Assembly: GCA_030704615.1 (NCBI GenBank)
Contig: CM060731.1
Span: 70,866,001 to 70,930,000 of the forward strand
Origin: Takakia lepidozioides
Lineage: Eukaryota; Plantae; Bryophyta
Direction: 5' to 3'
Length of the DNA stretch: 64,000 bases
Shown piece by piece: positions 13,270 through 25,011 of the stretch. Position 1 is the first letter of the stretch. Each line of letters begins with the position of its first letter. Both the position numbers and the translations under genes were made by a program. The notes below the pieces were generated by a model. That model had not been told where the DNA came from and did not search any database. It saw only the letters and a program-made list of their open reading frames with translations.

Positions 13270-13720
13270 TTCCCTGTAGATCAATAGTTGGGAGTGCCAT
13301 GATTGCAGGATATGGGCGGCATGGGGGATGGATCTATGAGCAAATGTTGCAGGAAGGGGTGAAGCCCAACCACATCACATTCATTTGCATTTCTGCAAAT
13401 GCGTGTACAAGCCTGGCAGCCCTACAAAATGGCAAGAGGTCTATGGTGACATCATTAAAGCTGTAATTGTACCAGATTGCAGTTCTTATGTCTCTATCTT
13501 GCATGTGCAAGCTTGGCATACGTGGGAAAAGGAAAAGAGCTCCATGGTGACATCGTCAAAGTTGGAATCATTCCACATGTCATTTTGAACTGATGAAAAT
13601 GTGTGCCAAACATGGGAGCATTGAGGATGCAAAGGGGTGTTTGAGAATATGGCTAACAAGATGATGGGGTGTCATGGAACTCGATTATTACAGGATATGT
13701 CTGTCATGGATGGAAAGCTA
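13270..13720 (+). pseudogene. Degenerate PLS PPR fragment
   Basis: SAMIAGYGRHG...YEQMLQEGVKPNHITF...ACTSLAAL, with frameshifts and stops. Confidence 0.75.
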
Positions 13721-16700
13721 AATGGATTCTAAAGTTTTGGCATGGTTGGAGCTCAAGTCGTCATCCCGATTCCCATATGACAGATGCGTATAGTTAGGTA
13801 GGCCTAACAACATTGCTAAGCATGGTCCTTTTGACTTCAGTTTTCTAATCCCTTTATAGTAGACTAATTTTGTTTGTCTAACTGTCTGTGGGTGAAACAC
13901 AGATAGTTGTTGTGAGAGCAGAGTGTGGTTACAGTTCTAACTCCATGTACGCTATGGAGTTCCAGGCAGGGACACAACAGGTTGCAGATACAGTTAATTC
14001 CCATGCCACAGACGGTCATTTCCTTCTCAAAATGTAGCAAGAAGCATGTCCTCTGAAGGAGACTTCTCTTTTTTATGTGGGGAGGTTTGTATGGAAGTTT
14101 TGAATCATGCAAAATGGTAGGGTTTGAATCATAGTTTGTTGGACTTCAGACTGGTGGAAGGGGGTATCATCTTTAACATTAAACATGCATGCCAAATGTG
14201 GGAGCATAACATATGCTCATATATTGACATGCACTATGCCTAAACAGATGTGGTCTCGGAGTAAAATGAACACTGATATGCCCGCTGTGGGTGTATGCAG
14301 AAGTATGTTGAGGCCAAATATCTGAAGGGTGATTCTGAACAGGTTTTCGTCATATGTCTTTTGAATGTAGCTTGTGCCAGCCTAGGAAAGAGGTGAAGAC
14401 ATCATGCAAGCTAGGGTTGTATTATGTATAATCTGGAGAATAGCAAGTTAGGTACTGTCTCCATATGCGACAATTTTTTTTTTAAAGTTCTAAGCATGGT
14501 CGTTACGGACTCATGAGTTTGTGCAAAGTATGAGACGGTTTTGAGGTATTGTCTTAATACAATGTCACGTGTTCTTCATCATGTTTATTTCTTTTCCTAC
14601 TTTGATGGGATGCCCTGTATGTTCTCCAGTCTCAATCACATCCGCAATGGGATGATTAGTGGCTGCTGGGGATTGTGTTGTGTTGTTATTCGGAGACAGT
14701 AGAAATAATATTGCACATGTATGAACCACAAGCCATAGCCCCCAAGTCACTGCAACCACTACGAGTGCCTGGTCCCCAATCCACAGTCGATGTATCACTA
14801 GTGAAGTAGTGCATTTCAAACCTCCAATTGCATCTATCACTTCAACACTCTAGTTGTCGACTCCACTTGCAAGTCGTAAAGACAACCAACAGACAACTTA
14901 TTGCGTCACGCGGTGTGGCCTCAGGCCTGCACGTGGCCACATCCACGATAGAGAACACGTGGCGTTTCGCTGCATAGCCACGCGGCTGTATTCCCAACGT
15001 CGTCGCCGTGGGGAAGTCGCACCCCCCGGGTCAAAAATCCACTTGGTCACGGTCCAAGATTCAGTCAACGCCGCGCATGGCGCTGCCACGTGCCCCCCCC
15101 CCAAATTGAGCCGCCAGTCATTAAATCGACGATTCCTTGAAGTGATAGGTGGGAAGTCAGCCCATAATTGCACTTGACTAAAGCCTGTGATTTTTGACTG
15201 ATTCTAGTGACAGTGGATGGAAATCAGAGAGTGTTGTCCTAATTCTGGGTTTGGGTGGTGGAGCTTCTCCAAAGCTTGAAGAATCATGGAAGTGAATACG
15301 AATTTTAATGAGCTTTATGAGAGGGGCAGCCCTATGCACAAGTTTGTTTACCATCTTAAATTTAGACATGTTTGTTTGTTTCTCGTGTTGTGGCTTTGGA
15401 TGGAGCCCTTGACGAACTTGCATGAATATTGTCAAAAGCTAGCCTTAACCCACCAATCCCATGGTGGCTGTTTGAAAGTTCATATAATGATTGTAAGGAT
15501 GTTACTGATTGATGCGGCTTGACTCCCTCACATTATAACATCGGTTTGTGCGTGTTGGAGTTCAAGGTTGAAGGTAACTGCTTGAGCTGCCAATCTCAAA
15601 CAAGCCGAAAAACTCTCCTGAAATCCCCTTTAGGAAAGTGAGGTCTTTTTCTCTTGCTTCCAGGTAGCGTCCAACATCCAAAAAACGAAGCTTGGTCTGT
15701 CATGTTGGTTCAATTAATATCAAAGAATTTACACCCAACTAAGGGATAACTTATGTGAATAATGAGAGGAAGATATATTTACTGCTCCTCCTTTGGCTAT
15801 GAGGGCACTGTCATCGGAAGGATTTGTAGCGAGCCGTGGTGCGATGCCCAATTGTTGCGCGAAGGGTTGGGATTCTTGTTTCCTCTTTGTGTTGTTGTGG
15901 ATCTATTGGTTTTTCTGTTTATCTCTCTCTGGGGTCTAGCTTGTAACTTTAGTTTTTGTTCTTGCAGGTTCTAAAGCATTTGCTGATGCATAGTTGTCCA
16001 GTACAAGCTCTGATTTGTTGCCTTGCTGCTGTCAAGTGTGAGTGGATTTGAGGGCGTCTCATCAGGTTTGGAAGTGTTTGCATACTAGGCAGAAAAGGGG
16101 GTTCAACTCCCCCTAACTTCTTGGGCATACATATATAGATACAATGAAATACGGAGACATGACATGATAGCTTCGGCAATACTCTGCCATTCTTCTTCCG
16201 AAAAACAATGAAATATGGGATGTATGTATGTAACACCATGGGACCTACCCCTTTTTGTGAAAATTCAACGTAGTTCTCAGAATTCGTCGCTAGCAGTGCA
16301 GAGCAACTCGAAGCCCTAGTTATTCTAGTTCTAGCGATGACCAAAGGTCGGAAGCTAGTTTAGCGCAAAGCAGGAATAGGGTGCCAAAGTGCCACGTCAT
16401 CATCGCCATGTTTCGTAGACACGTCATCGTAGACATGTCATCATCGCCACATCATCATAGACACGTAAGCATCACTACGTTTCGTCGCCACATCATCAAC
16501 GTCAATTTATTTGGACCCTGCCCGAAATCACCGAAATCACCGATCTTGTCACTCACGCGCTGCTGCTTATTTCTCGCTCGCTGTCTTTGTTTGTGCTCTG
16601 TGCGCGTCTGCCTTTGTGCGCTAGGTGTGGTGGCTGGAATCTTGGCTGGTGTGGAGGATAGCACCAACAATGCAGGAGCAATTCACAACGAGGAGGAGAA

Positions 16701-17299
16701 GAAGCCTTTGGAAGGGGGGGAGGTCACATTACTCTGAAAGTGAAGGGTCAGGTATGGAAGCCCGTGGCATTTTTGTATGGGTTGTTTCCCTGTTGGGCTT
16801 GAAGTCGTTAGGATCGTAGAGAATGGATTGCGTAGGGATGTATTCTTTGTAGGGTTTTGGCCTAAAGCTGGGAAAATTTTTGTTTCCTGAAACTTCAAAG
16901 GAATGTGGATGTCAACTCAGAGAGAAAGAAGTGCATTCGTCTTGAAAAGACCTGTGCGACCGTTAGTCAGTTGATCCCAGCTCTATTGCTCATTTGCAGA
17001 TTATGAGTACACCGCATGAGCTCTCACCTGGAATTTGCACGATGGTGGGACAACCGCAATCGCAAGGTGTTTTTTCTTAATGCACGATGTGAAGAAGTTT
17101 GTCCATCCTGCAAATGTGGGCTCTTGGCTCCTGTTAGTACCATGATGTGGTTTTCTTCCTGATGTTTACAAGATTCTTGGGGGGCTCAGCTTGGTCTTAG
17201 GAGGCCGTGTTTCAATCTCTGCCTGCTCAGCTGCACTGTGGTGGTTCTCACAGACCAATCTGACATTACCTACAGACACAAGCAACACACACAATGTGA

Positions 17300-19640
17300 G
17301 ACCTTTGACCAAATGGTACGTGAAGGGGTGACGCCCACCAAGGTCACGTTCATTTCTCCTCCAGCGGTGTTGCGCACCTCACTTCAGTAAGCTCCCCTTC
17401 AAGTCGTAGTTACTCGCTTTGATGCGCGCGCCTAACTCCCAACCTGGCCGCCGGACCAACTCGGAGCTTCGGCTGCTCACCGGGACATAACGGTCCCCCT
17501 TTCCTCCCCCAACAGACCCTCCACCAATTTGGGCCTAGTGGAAATTCCCTTTGGTAGATGGCAGTCCGGAATAGCTCCCCACTCCTTGGTCGCTTTCCGG
17601 CTCGCATGCTTACTCACTAGTTTTTGGTCACCAACGGGCTTGCACCGTTCTCGGGGTTACTACTCCCTATATATACTTCTGTGACTGTCCGCGGGGGTTT
17701 CACAAACAACCATGCCATTTTATGGCGAACCACCACGAAGACCCTCGATTCCCGGTGATGAGTCGCAGTGAGATTTGGCCCACCCGCCACGGTCCCATTG
17801 GACCGTGATGAGTCCCAAGACTCCCCACGACTCCCACCACAAGGTCTTCACCCCATGGTGAGTCCTATGCCACCCCCACTAAGTCCCGCTAAGCTACCAC
17901 CACCCCTTGTGGAGCCACCCCCACCGCAACCCGGTGTACGGGGCTCCACCTAGTGAGCGCCTCCGCCTCCTTGAGTGCCTTGGGCACTCAAGGGTGCTTC
18001 CGCCCCCCGTACCTATCGCTGCCACTGCCCCCACCACAGGGGCAGCCCCTCCTGCGTCCCGACCCCCTGCCCTCAAGGCAAAGGGCCGCGACAAGCGGCG
18101 TGTGCCAGCATGGGTGCCCTGGAAAAGAAAAAACAGGTCCAAGATAACATTATAAAAGCTGGAATTGCACCAGATATCATTCTAGAGACTACCCTTGCTT
18201 CCATCTATACCAAGTGCGGGAGCATGAAGGAGGCCCGTCGAGTTTTCCACAATATGGCTGGACGAGATGTGGTTTCATGGAGATGATTGCAGGATATGCT
18301 CAGCAAGGGTGTGGTCAGGAGGCCTTGGAGACCTATGAGCAAATGATATGGGAAGGGTGGGTACCGTACAAAGTCACATTCACTTCCATTCTCGATGCAT
18401 GTGCCAGCCTAGCAGACCTGGAAAAGGGTAAAAAGATCCATGCTGATATTATCAAAGCCAGAATTGAGCCAAATATCGTCCTGGAAACTGCCCTTGCCAA
18501 CATTATGCCAAATGTAGGAACATGACAGATGCGCATCTAGTGTTTGACAATATGGCTCGACAAAATGTGGTCTCATGGAGTGCGATGATTGGAGGATATG
18601 CTCAGTTTGGATGTGGTAAAAAGGCTTTGGAGATCTATGAGCAAATGATACAGAAAGGGGTTATGCCCAACTAGGTAACGGTTGTGTGCGTTCTCAATGC
18701 ATGTGCCAGGCTGAACGAGATGTGCTCTCCTGGAATGCAATGATTTCAGGATATGCCCAGCATGGATGTGGTAGGGAGGCTTTGGAGACATATGAGCGAA
18801 TGATATGGGAAGGGGTGACACCAACCAGGTCCCTTTTGTTTCTGTTTACAACGTCTGTGCCAGCCTGGCAGCCCTGGAAAAGGCCACATAAATCCATGCT
18901 GACACTATCAAAGCTGGAATTGAGCCAACACTCACTTTGGAAAGTACACTTGTTGACATGTATGCCAAATGCGGGGATATAAAGAATGCATGGCTAGTGT
19001 TTGACAATATGGTTGAACGAGATGTGGTCTCATGGAGTGTTATGATTGCAGGATATGCTCAGCACGGGTGTGGTAGGGTGGCCTTGCAACTATTGGAACA
19101 AACGCAACAGGAAGGGTTGAAGCCAAATGGTATCACTTTTATATGTGTTCTCTCTGCATGTAGCCATGTGGGACTAGTAGATGAAGGCAGTCATTACTTT
19201 GATTCTATGAGTCAAGCTCATGGCCTGACTTCCACAGACCAGCATTTTGGCTGCATGGTGGACCTTCTAGGTTGTGCAGGGCATGTGGATGAGGCAGAGG
19301 ACTTCATCAAGAAAATGCCAAACGAACTTTGCTTGTCAGCCTCTTTGATTGGCAACTGGTGGTAACCGGATCGCAAGTCCAATGTGCTAAACACCTAGCT
19401 GCTATAGTGTAGGGGACTTTGTTTGGTGCCTGCAGAATTCATGGGAATCTGGAGGTGGCAGAACGTGCAGCAAAATACCTTCTTGAGTGGGATCCGCATG
19501 ATGCGGCAACGTATGGCTTCTATCCAACGTCAAAGCTGCAGCTGGCAGGTGGGACGATGCCGCAAAGGTGAGGAGGATGATGTGGGACAGAGGTGCCAGG
19601 AAGGAGCCTGGTCGGTGCTGCATAGAGGTCTATAATCAGG
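17300..19640 (+). pseudogene. PLS-PPR gene with E domain, interrupted by a solo LTR and truncated before DYW
   Basis: Repeated DVVSW..MIAGYAQ.G.G..AL motifs, ACSHVGLVDEG, HFGCMVDLLG, GACRIHG, AAAGRWDDA. Stop at ~18672 and several frameshifts. Confidence 0.85.
17368..18093. mobile_element. Solo LTR (726 bp) inserted in a PPR repeat
   Basis: Starts TGTTGCG, ends CGCGACA. 5-bp TSD AGCGG at 17363-17367 and 18094-18098. TATA-like CTATATATAC near 17668. Removing it restores the PPR frame (KVTFIS...ACASMGALEK). Confidence 0.85.
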
Positions 19641-20039
19641 TGCAATCGAGGCAAAAATGTGAATGCCTGTTAGATTACAGAGAGTAGCAAACACAATTGA
19701 GCATAGGAACCGTGTGATAAGTTGAGTTGGGTATTTCCTATAAGTGTTTTATATGCCCATGGGAATTTGCTTTGAAATGGCAGCTACAAAAGTGAATTTA
19801 TAGCCTTCTGATTTTACTTTCTCTACTGTCCAGAAACCAATCAGAAGGTTCATGGATACAGCAGTCAAGGGTACCACCGACAGTTTGGAGGCTGTAATGG
19901 CTGCATGTGTGTGGGAAAAAAGAAGCCCCTCTTGGAACAGGAGTAAGATTGACCTGCATTGGCAGCATCCGCAGGCAAGTCATGCACCCTTTCATGTACC
20001 CTCTTCTTCCACTACACAACATGTCTTTCAGCAGATTCA

Positions 20040-22206
20040 GATACGAATGTCTATCTCTTGCTTAAGTGCTCAAAGATGAAAGGCCTTGAAGCTGGAAACA
20101 GATGCACACTCACATTATCCAAAGTGGATTCGCGCCAAATGTTTTCTACTAAACACCCTTGTCAACATGTATGTTAAGGGCGGGAGCATGGATGCTCACC
20201 AAGTGTTCAACAGAATGCCTCAACCATCTTTGATAACGTGGAATATAATGTTGGCAGGATTTACCAAGCATGGGTGTGGTAGGAATGCTTTGGAGACCTA
20301 TGAGCAAATGATGCACATCATGTTCGTTTGTGTTTGCAATGCGTGTGCAAGCTTGGGAGCCCTGGAAAAGGGGAAAGAGGTCCATGATGACATCGTTAAA
20401 GCTAGAATTGTATGTCATTCTGAACACTGGTCAACATGTATGCCAAATGTAGGTGCATTAAGGATGCAAAGGCAGTTTTCAACAATATGGCTGAACGAGA
20501 TGTGGTGTCGTGGAGCGCGATGATTGCAGGGTATGCACAACAGGGACGTGGGGTGGAGGCTTTGAAGACCTATGAGCAAATGATGGGGGAAGGGGTGAAG
20601 CCCGACCACATCACGTTTGTGTGCGTTTGCAATGCATGTGCAAGCCTGGCAGCTCTAGAAAAGGGGAAAGAGGCCCATGGAGACATTGTCAGACCTGGAA
20701 TTGTACCCAATGTCATTATGAACAATGCCCTTATGGACATGTATGCCAAATGTGGGAGCATCGAGGATGCAAAGGCAGTGTTCAACAATATCGCTGAATG
20801 AAATGTGGTGTCGTGGAACGCAATGCTTGCAGGGTATGCACAACAGTGGTGTGGGGTGGAAGCTTTGGAGACCTATGAGCAAATGATGGGGGAAGGGGTG
20901 AAGCCCGACCACATCACGTTTGTGTGCATTTGCAATGCATGTACAAGCCTGGCAGCCCTGGAAAAGGGCAAGAGGTGCATGGTTGCATCACAAAAGTTAG
21001 AATTTGACCAGATGTGATTATGAACAATACCCTCGTGGACATGGCAAAATGTGGGTGCATCGAGGATGCGGAGGGAGTGTTTGACGAACGAGATTTGGTG
21101 TCCTGGAGTGTGATGATTGCAGGGTATGCACAACAAGAGCGCGGCTTTGGAGACCTATGAGCAAATGATGGGGGAAGGGGTGAAGCCCGACCACATCACG
21201 TTTGTTTCCGTTTGCAATGCCTGTGCAAGCCTGGCAGCCCTGGAAAAGGGCAAAGAGGTCCATGGTGACATTGTCAAAGCTAGAATTGTACACTGCCCTG
21301 GTGGACATGTATGCCAAATCTAGGTGCATCGAGGATGCAAAGGGAGTGTACGACAATATGGCTGAACGAAATGTGGTGTCATGGAACGCGATGATCGCAG
21401 GTCATGCCCTGAAGGATTGCAAAAGAATGGCTTAAAGCTGCCAGACGGTCTCACCTTTATATGTGTTCTCTCTGCATGCAGCCACACTAAGATCATGGTG
21501 TCACTCCGACAATAAAGCACTTTGGCTGTATGGTGGACCTTCTTGGACATGTGGGACAACTAGATGAGGCAGTGGATCTGATTAATAAGATGTCAATCAA
21601 TCCAGATCTTGTGGTGTGGAAGGCCTTGCTTGGTGCCTGCAAAATCCATGGCAATGTGGAGATGGTTGAACGTGCGGCAACATCTATCTGAAATGGGATG
21701 AACAGGATGTCGCGACTTATGTGTTGTTATCAAACATCTATGCTGCAGCTGGCAGGTGGGATGATACTGCAAAGGTGAGAAGAATGATGAAGGTCAGAGG
21801 GGTTAGAAAGGAGCCAGGTCGCTGCTGCATTGAGGTTGGCAATAGGGTGCACACCTTGCTGTAGATGACAAGTTGCATCCCAGAATTAAGGAAATCCATG
21901 CTGAGCTGAGAAGATTGTCTGGGCAGATGAAAGGAGGCGACGCGCTTTGTATTGCATGATGTGGGGGAGGAGGAAAAGGAATTTTCTCTTTGCCACCGCA
22001 ATGAGAAGCTAGCCATTGGTTTTGGGCTGATCAGCACGACCCCTAGGACGCCTCTCCGTCTCATCAAGAATCTTCGAGTGTGTTGTGACTGCCACACCTC
22101 CACCAAATTCATCTCAAAGATTGTTGGCCGAGCAATTGTTGTATGGGGCGCTGACCGCTTTCACCACTTTGAAGATGGGATTTGTTCTTGTGGTGATTAC
22201 TGGTGA
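20040..22206 (+). pseudogene. PLS-E-DYW PPR RNA-editing-factor pseudogene
   Basis: Multiple P-L-S triplets, E domain, and DYW domain ending EKLAIGFGL...[10 protein letters not shown]...[15 protein letters not shown]. In-frame stops (e.g. ~20798) and frameshifts; the HSE motif reads RNE. Confidence 0.9.
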
Positions 22207-25011
22207 AAGGATGTTTTCTTGGCAAGATGCAAGTGTCTCGCTTCATTCCTTGATCCGTGTAGCTACTCAGACCATCCACCATTTCCTGAGAGTCTTGACC
22301 ATCATGTATTGCCAGAGAGGGCTGGAGGATCAGATGAGGGTTTGACAAATCATTAACGGAGGGTGGCTAAACACTGGAAATTCTACTGCTCACAGTCCCG
22401 AATGTGCATGGATTAATGAAGGGGAAGTCCAAAACACTGGATGGGATGCCTTCCCTTCCTCACCCATTCATTCAATTCCTGTCAACAATGGCTGGGATGC
22501 TATCCCTTGCAATACTACAGTTAATGATGAACACAATCTGTCATGTGGGTGGTCACCCTCCAACACTGCCATGGACCCCAATCGGGTTCCTTCTGGGACA
22601 TAAACAGACAAGAATTGTGGCTGGCCAGCCATGGACCGGCTAAGAGTTTTTAATATAACTCTGAGTGTATTTAGCATAAAACAATTTTCTGGAGTATAAT
22701 AAAATAAGTGAAAAAAATAAATGGATTGTATTGGTAAAATATATCCCCCTTTTTATTTATTTTAAAATAGATAAATATAAAAGTACATATCCAGTTAACC
22801 CTTCACTGTTTACCAGGTTCAGATGGATCCCACTAACTTATGCATTTGAAAATAATTTTCACTCTTTCTTCAAGATCATTTATAGCCCATGAGGTGGCGG
22901 ACTTGCACCCAAAAACTTCATGAGATTTTTGGAAAACTTCATTTAGCGTGCAGCCCTACTAGCATCCTCGAGTAGGCCCTAGGGTAAGTTGCCCTATGAC
23001 CGAACAGGCGTCTATGATCGAACACCCCATTAACGCTTCTGTCAGTACCTATGACCATGCAGTGCTGGTCCCAAGACTCTCCATTTTTGTCACTTGGCAA
23101 ACAATCATTTGATATAACCCCCCAAAAAGTGTGATTGGTCATAGGGCTCTTGGTGTATACAAGCATTCTGATTGGTTCGACTTTGAAACCCTACAACTTT
23201 GTGTAGGATTCATGAAATCAAATAGTTCCAAGTTTGTAGGTTGCCCCATATGTGGGACACCTTATGACATTTACCTGAGGTAAAAATGGCCAAAATTCAC
23301 CGTTAGATTTTTCACCATCGTTATTTGAACTGTCATTGGTCAACATACCCTACCTCTCATCAAACAAGGGAAGACTCCAAGCCATTGGGACAACTGATAC
23401 ATTTGGCAATGAAATGTTTACCATTTTTCTTGCGAAAAACAATGAAACGCGGGATGGATGTATGTAACACCATGGCCTTCTCAACATCTGCTGGGGATGA
23501 TCTGTGATGACCCACTTTTTCCTTCTCCCATTTTCTCCCTGACAGATGTGTTTTCAAGTATCAGAGGATGTAATGTAGAGGGTTGTTAGCAGCTACTCTG
23601 ACGCCATACCATAGCTATACCGTTAGCATACACTTCAATGTTGTGTACCGTTAACTCTTGCGCTCAGCCTTGCTGTAACCGGCTTAGCCTGCATCCATTA
23701 GCGTCTCGACAAGTAGTGCTGACTTGGAAATGATGTGGCAGATGAATAAAAGGGCTCTGGAAAACAGAAGCCGAACGGTATTTTTTCATTGTGTTCATTG
23801 GTGGTGTACAAGGTGTTCAGAGACGACGTTGAGGTGACAGATTGATGAACAAATCCCGTGTGTGTGTTCTGTGCGTTGGTGTGCTACAGTAGGACCACTC
23901 ACTACGTCCTCTGCAATTAGATCCTCTCCTCTCTGTGTTGCCTGCCCTACCGAGCTTTCATCCCTAGATACCGGTGTTATGTTAGAGGACAGGAGAATCT
24001 AACCTCCCTCGCGTTTTGTGGTGGAGATGCGGGGTATTTAGTGTATACAGGGTTTAAGGCTTCCATGGCAAGGCTTTTTTTTTTTCATTTTGGCTAAGAA
24101 GCGTAGATGGCTACAAAATTTGAAGGCTAAGTGCAAAGGTGGCGATGACATAGATGCTTAGCTAAAAATCAACTCGCTACAGGCTATTTCATTTGCATGC
24201 AATATGGCGATTTGAACCCACTCGCAATCTGAGATCTAAAATAATTAATCAAAGAAGTTTAAAGATGGCCAGCAAAAGCCATAGCCTCAATTTCAAATAG
24301 CAAGGGTCCAGGTCGTGCTCGAGGTTTACTATTTCATGAGCGCATGAGCCCATGAGCCTATGAGCCTATGAGCTCATGAGCGGACATCCGCGGAATTGGA
24401 ATTTTCCTGCCTTTATTGACGGTGTTATGTCCTCTTACCTCGGTAATAGGGTCTGTTTCTCCTGGTCCAGGATGCGGAATGAGGAATTTCGGCGCCGTTA
24501 TTCCCAAGAGCAGTGTGCTAAAATGGTGTTTTGAAGACATCCACCGGGGTATTTCGGCACCGAAATTACCTCTTAAAATGTGATATAGTGCGGTATTTAA
24601 TGGCGCAGAACGGGCAATTTCGGCGCCGAAATACCCAAGTGGAATGTGGTGAAGTGCCTTGTGCTGAAGGCTTCCATCGCAATATTTTGGTGCAGTAATT
24701 CATCCGTGGAATTTTTGAGGCCCATATAACGAAGGCGCAAACTGGGCTATTTCGGCGCCAAATTTCCCAATAGGAATGTTAGAAACGGCAGGGTTTTCAT
24801 GGCTTCAAGTTCCCGGGTCGATGGTGTGCATAAATTACTTGTAGGGTTCTTCACTGAAGTTTGCGTCTCTTCTGCTTTTATTATAGATTTTGGTTGGCGG
24901 AAGAAATGTAGGGAATGGACAAGCAGTCTGAACACAATGATTTTTCAAATCGTCAATATATTCATTAAGTGTTTCAGAACTGTACAACAAAAGGATCCAA
25001 ATGAGACTTTG

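Noticed and set aside
13720-17290. Short ORFs and possible transposon ends
   Set aside because: I found no recognisable domain and no TIR/TSD pair.
20798-20800. TGA in the PPR gene as a U-to-C editable stop
   Set aside because: This is a nuclear locus with frameshifts as well; CGA to TGA deamination is the simpler explanation.
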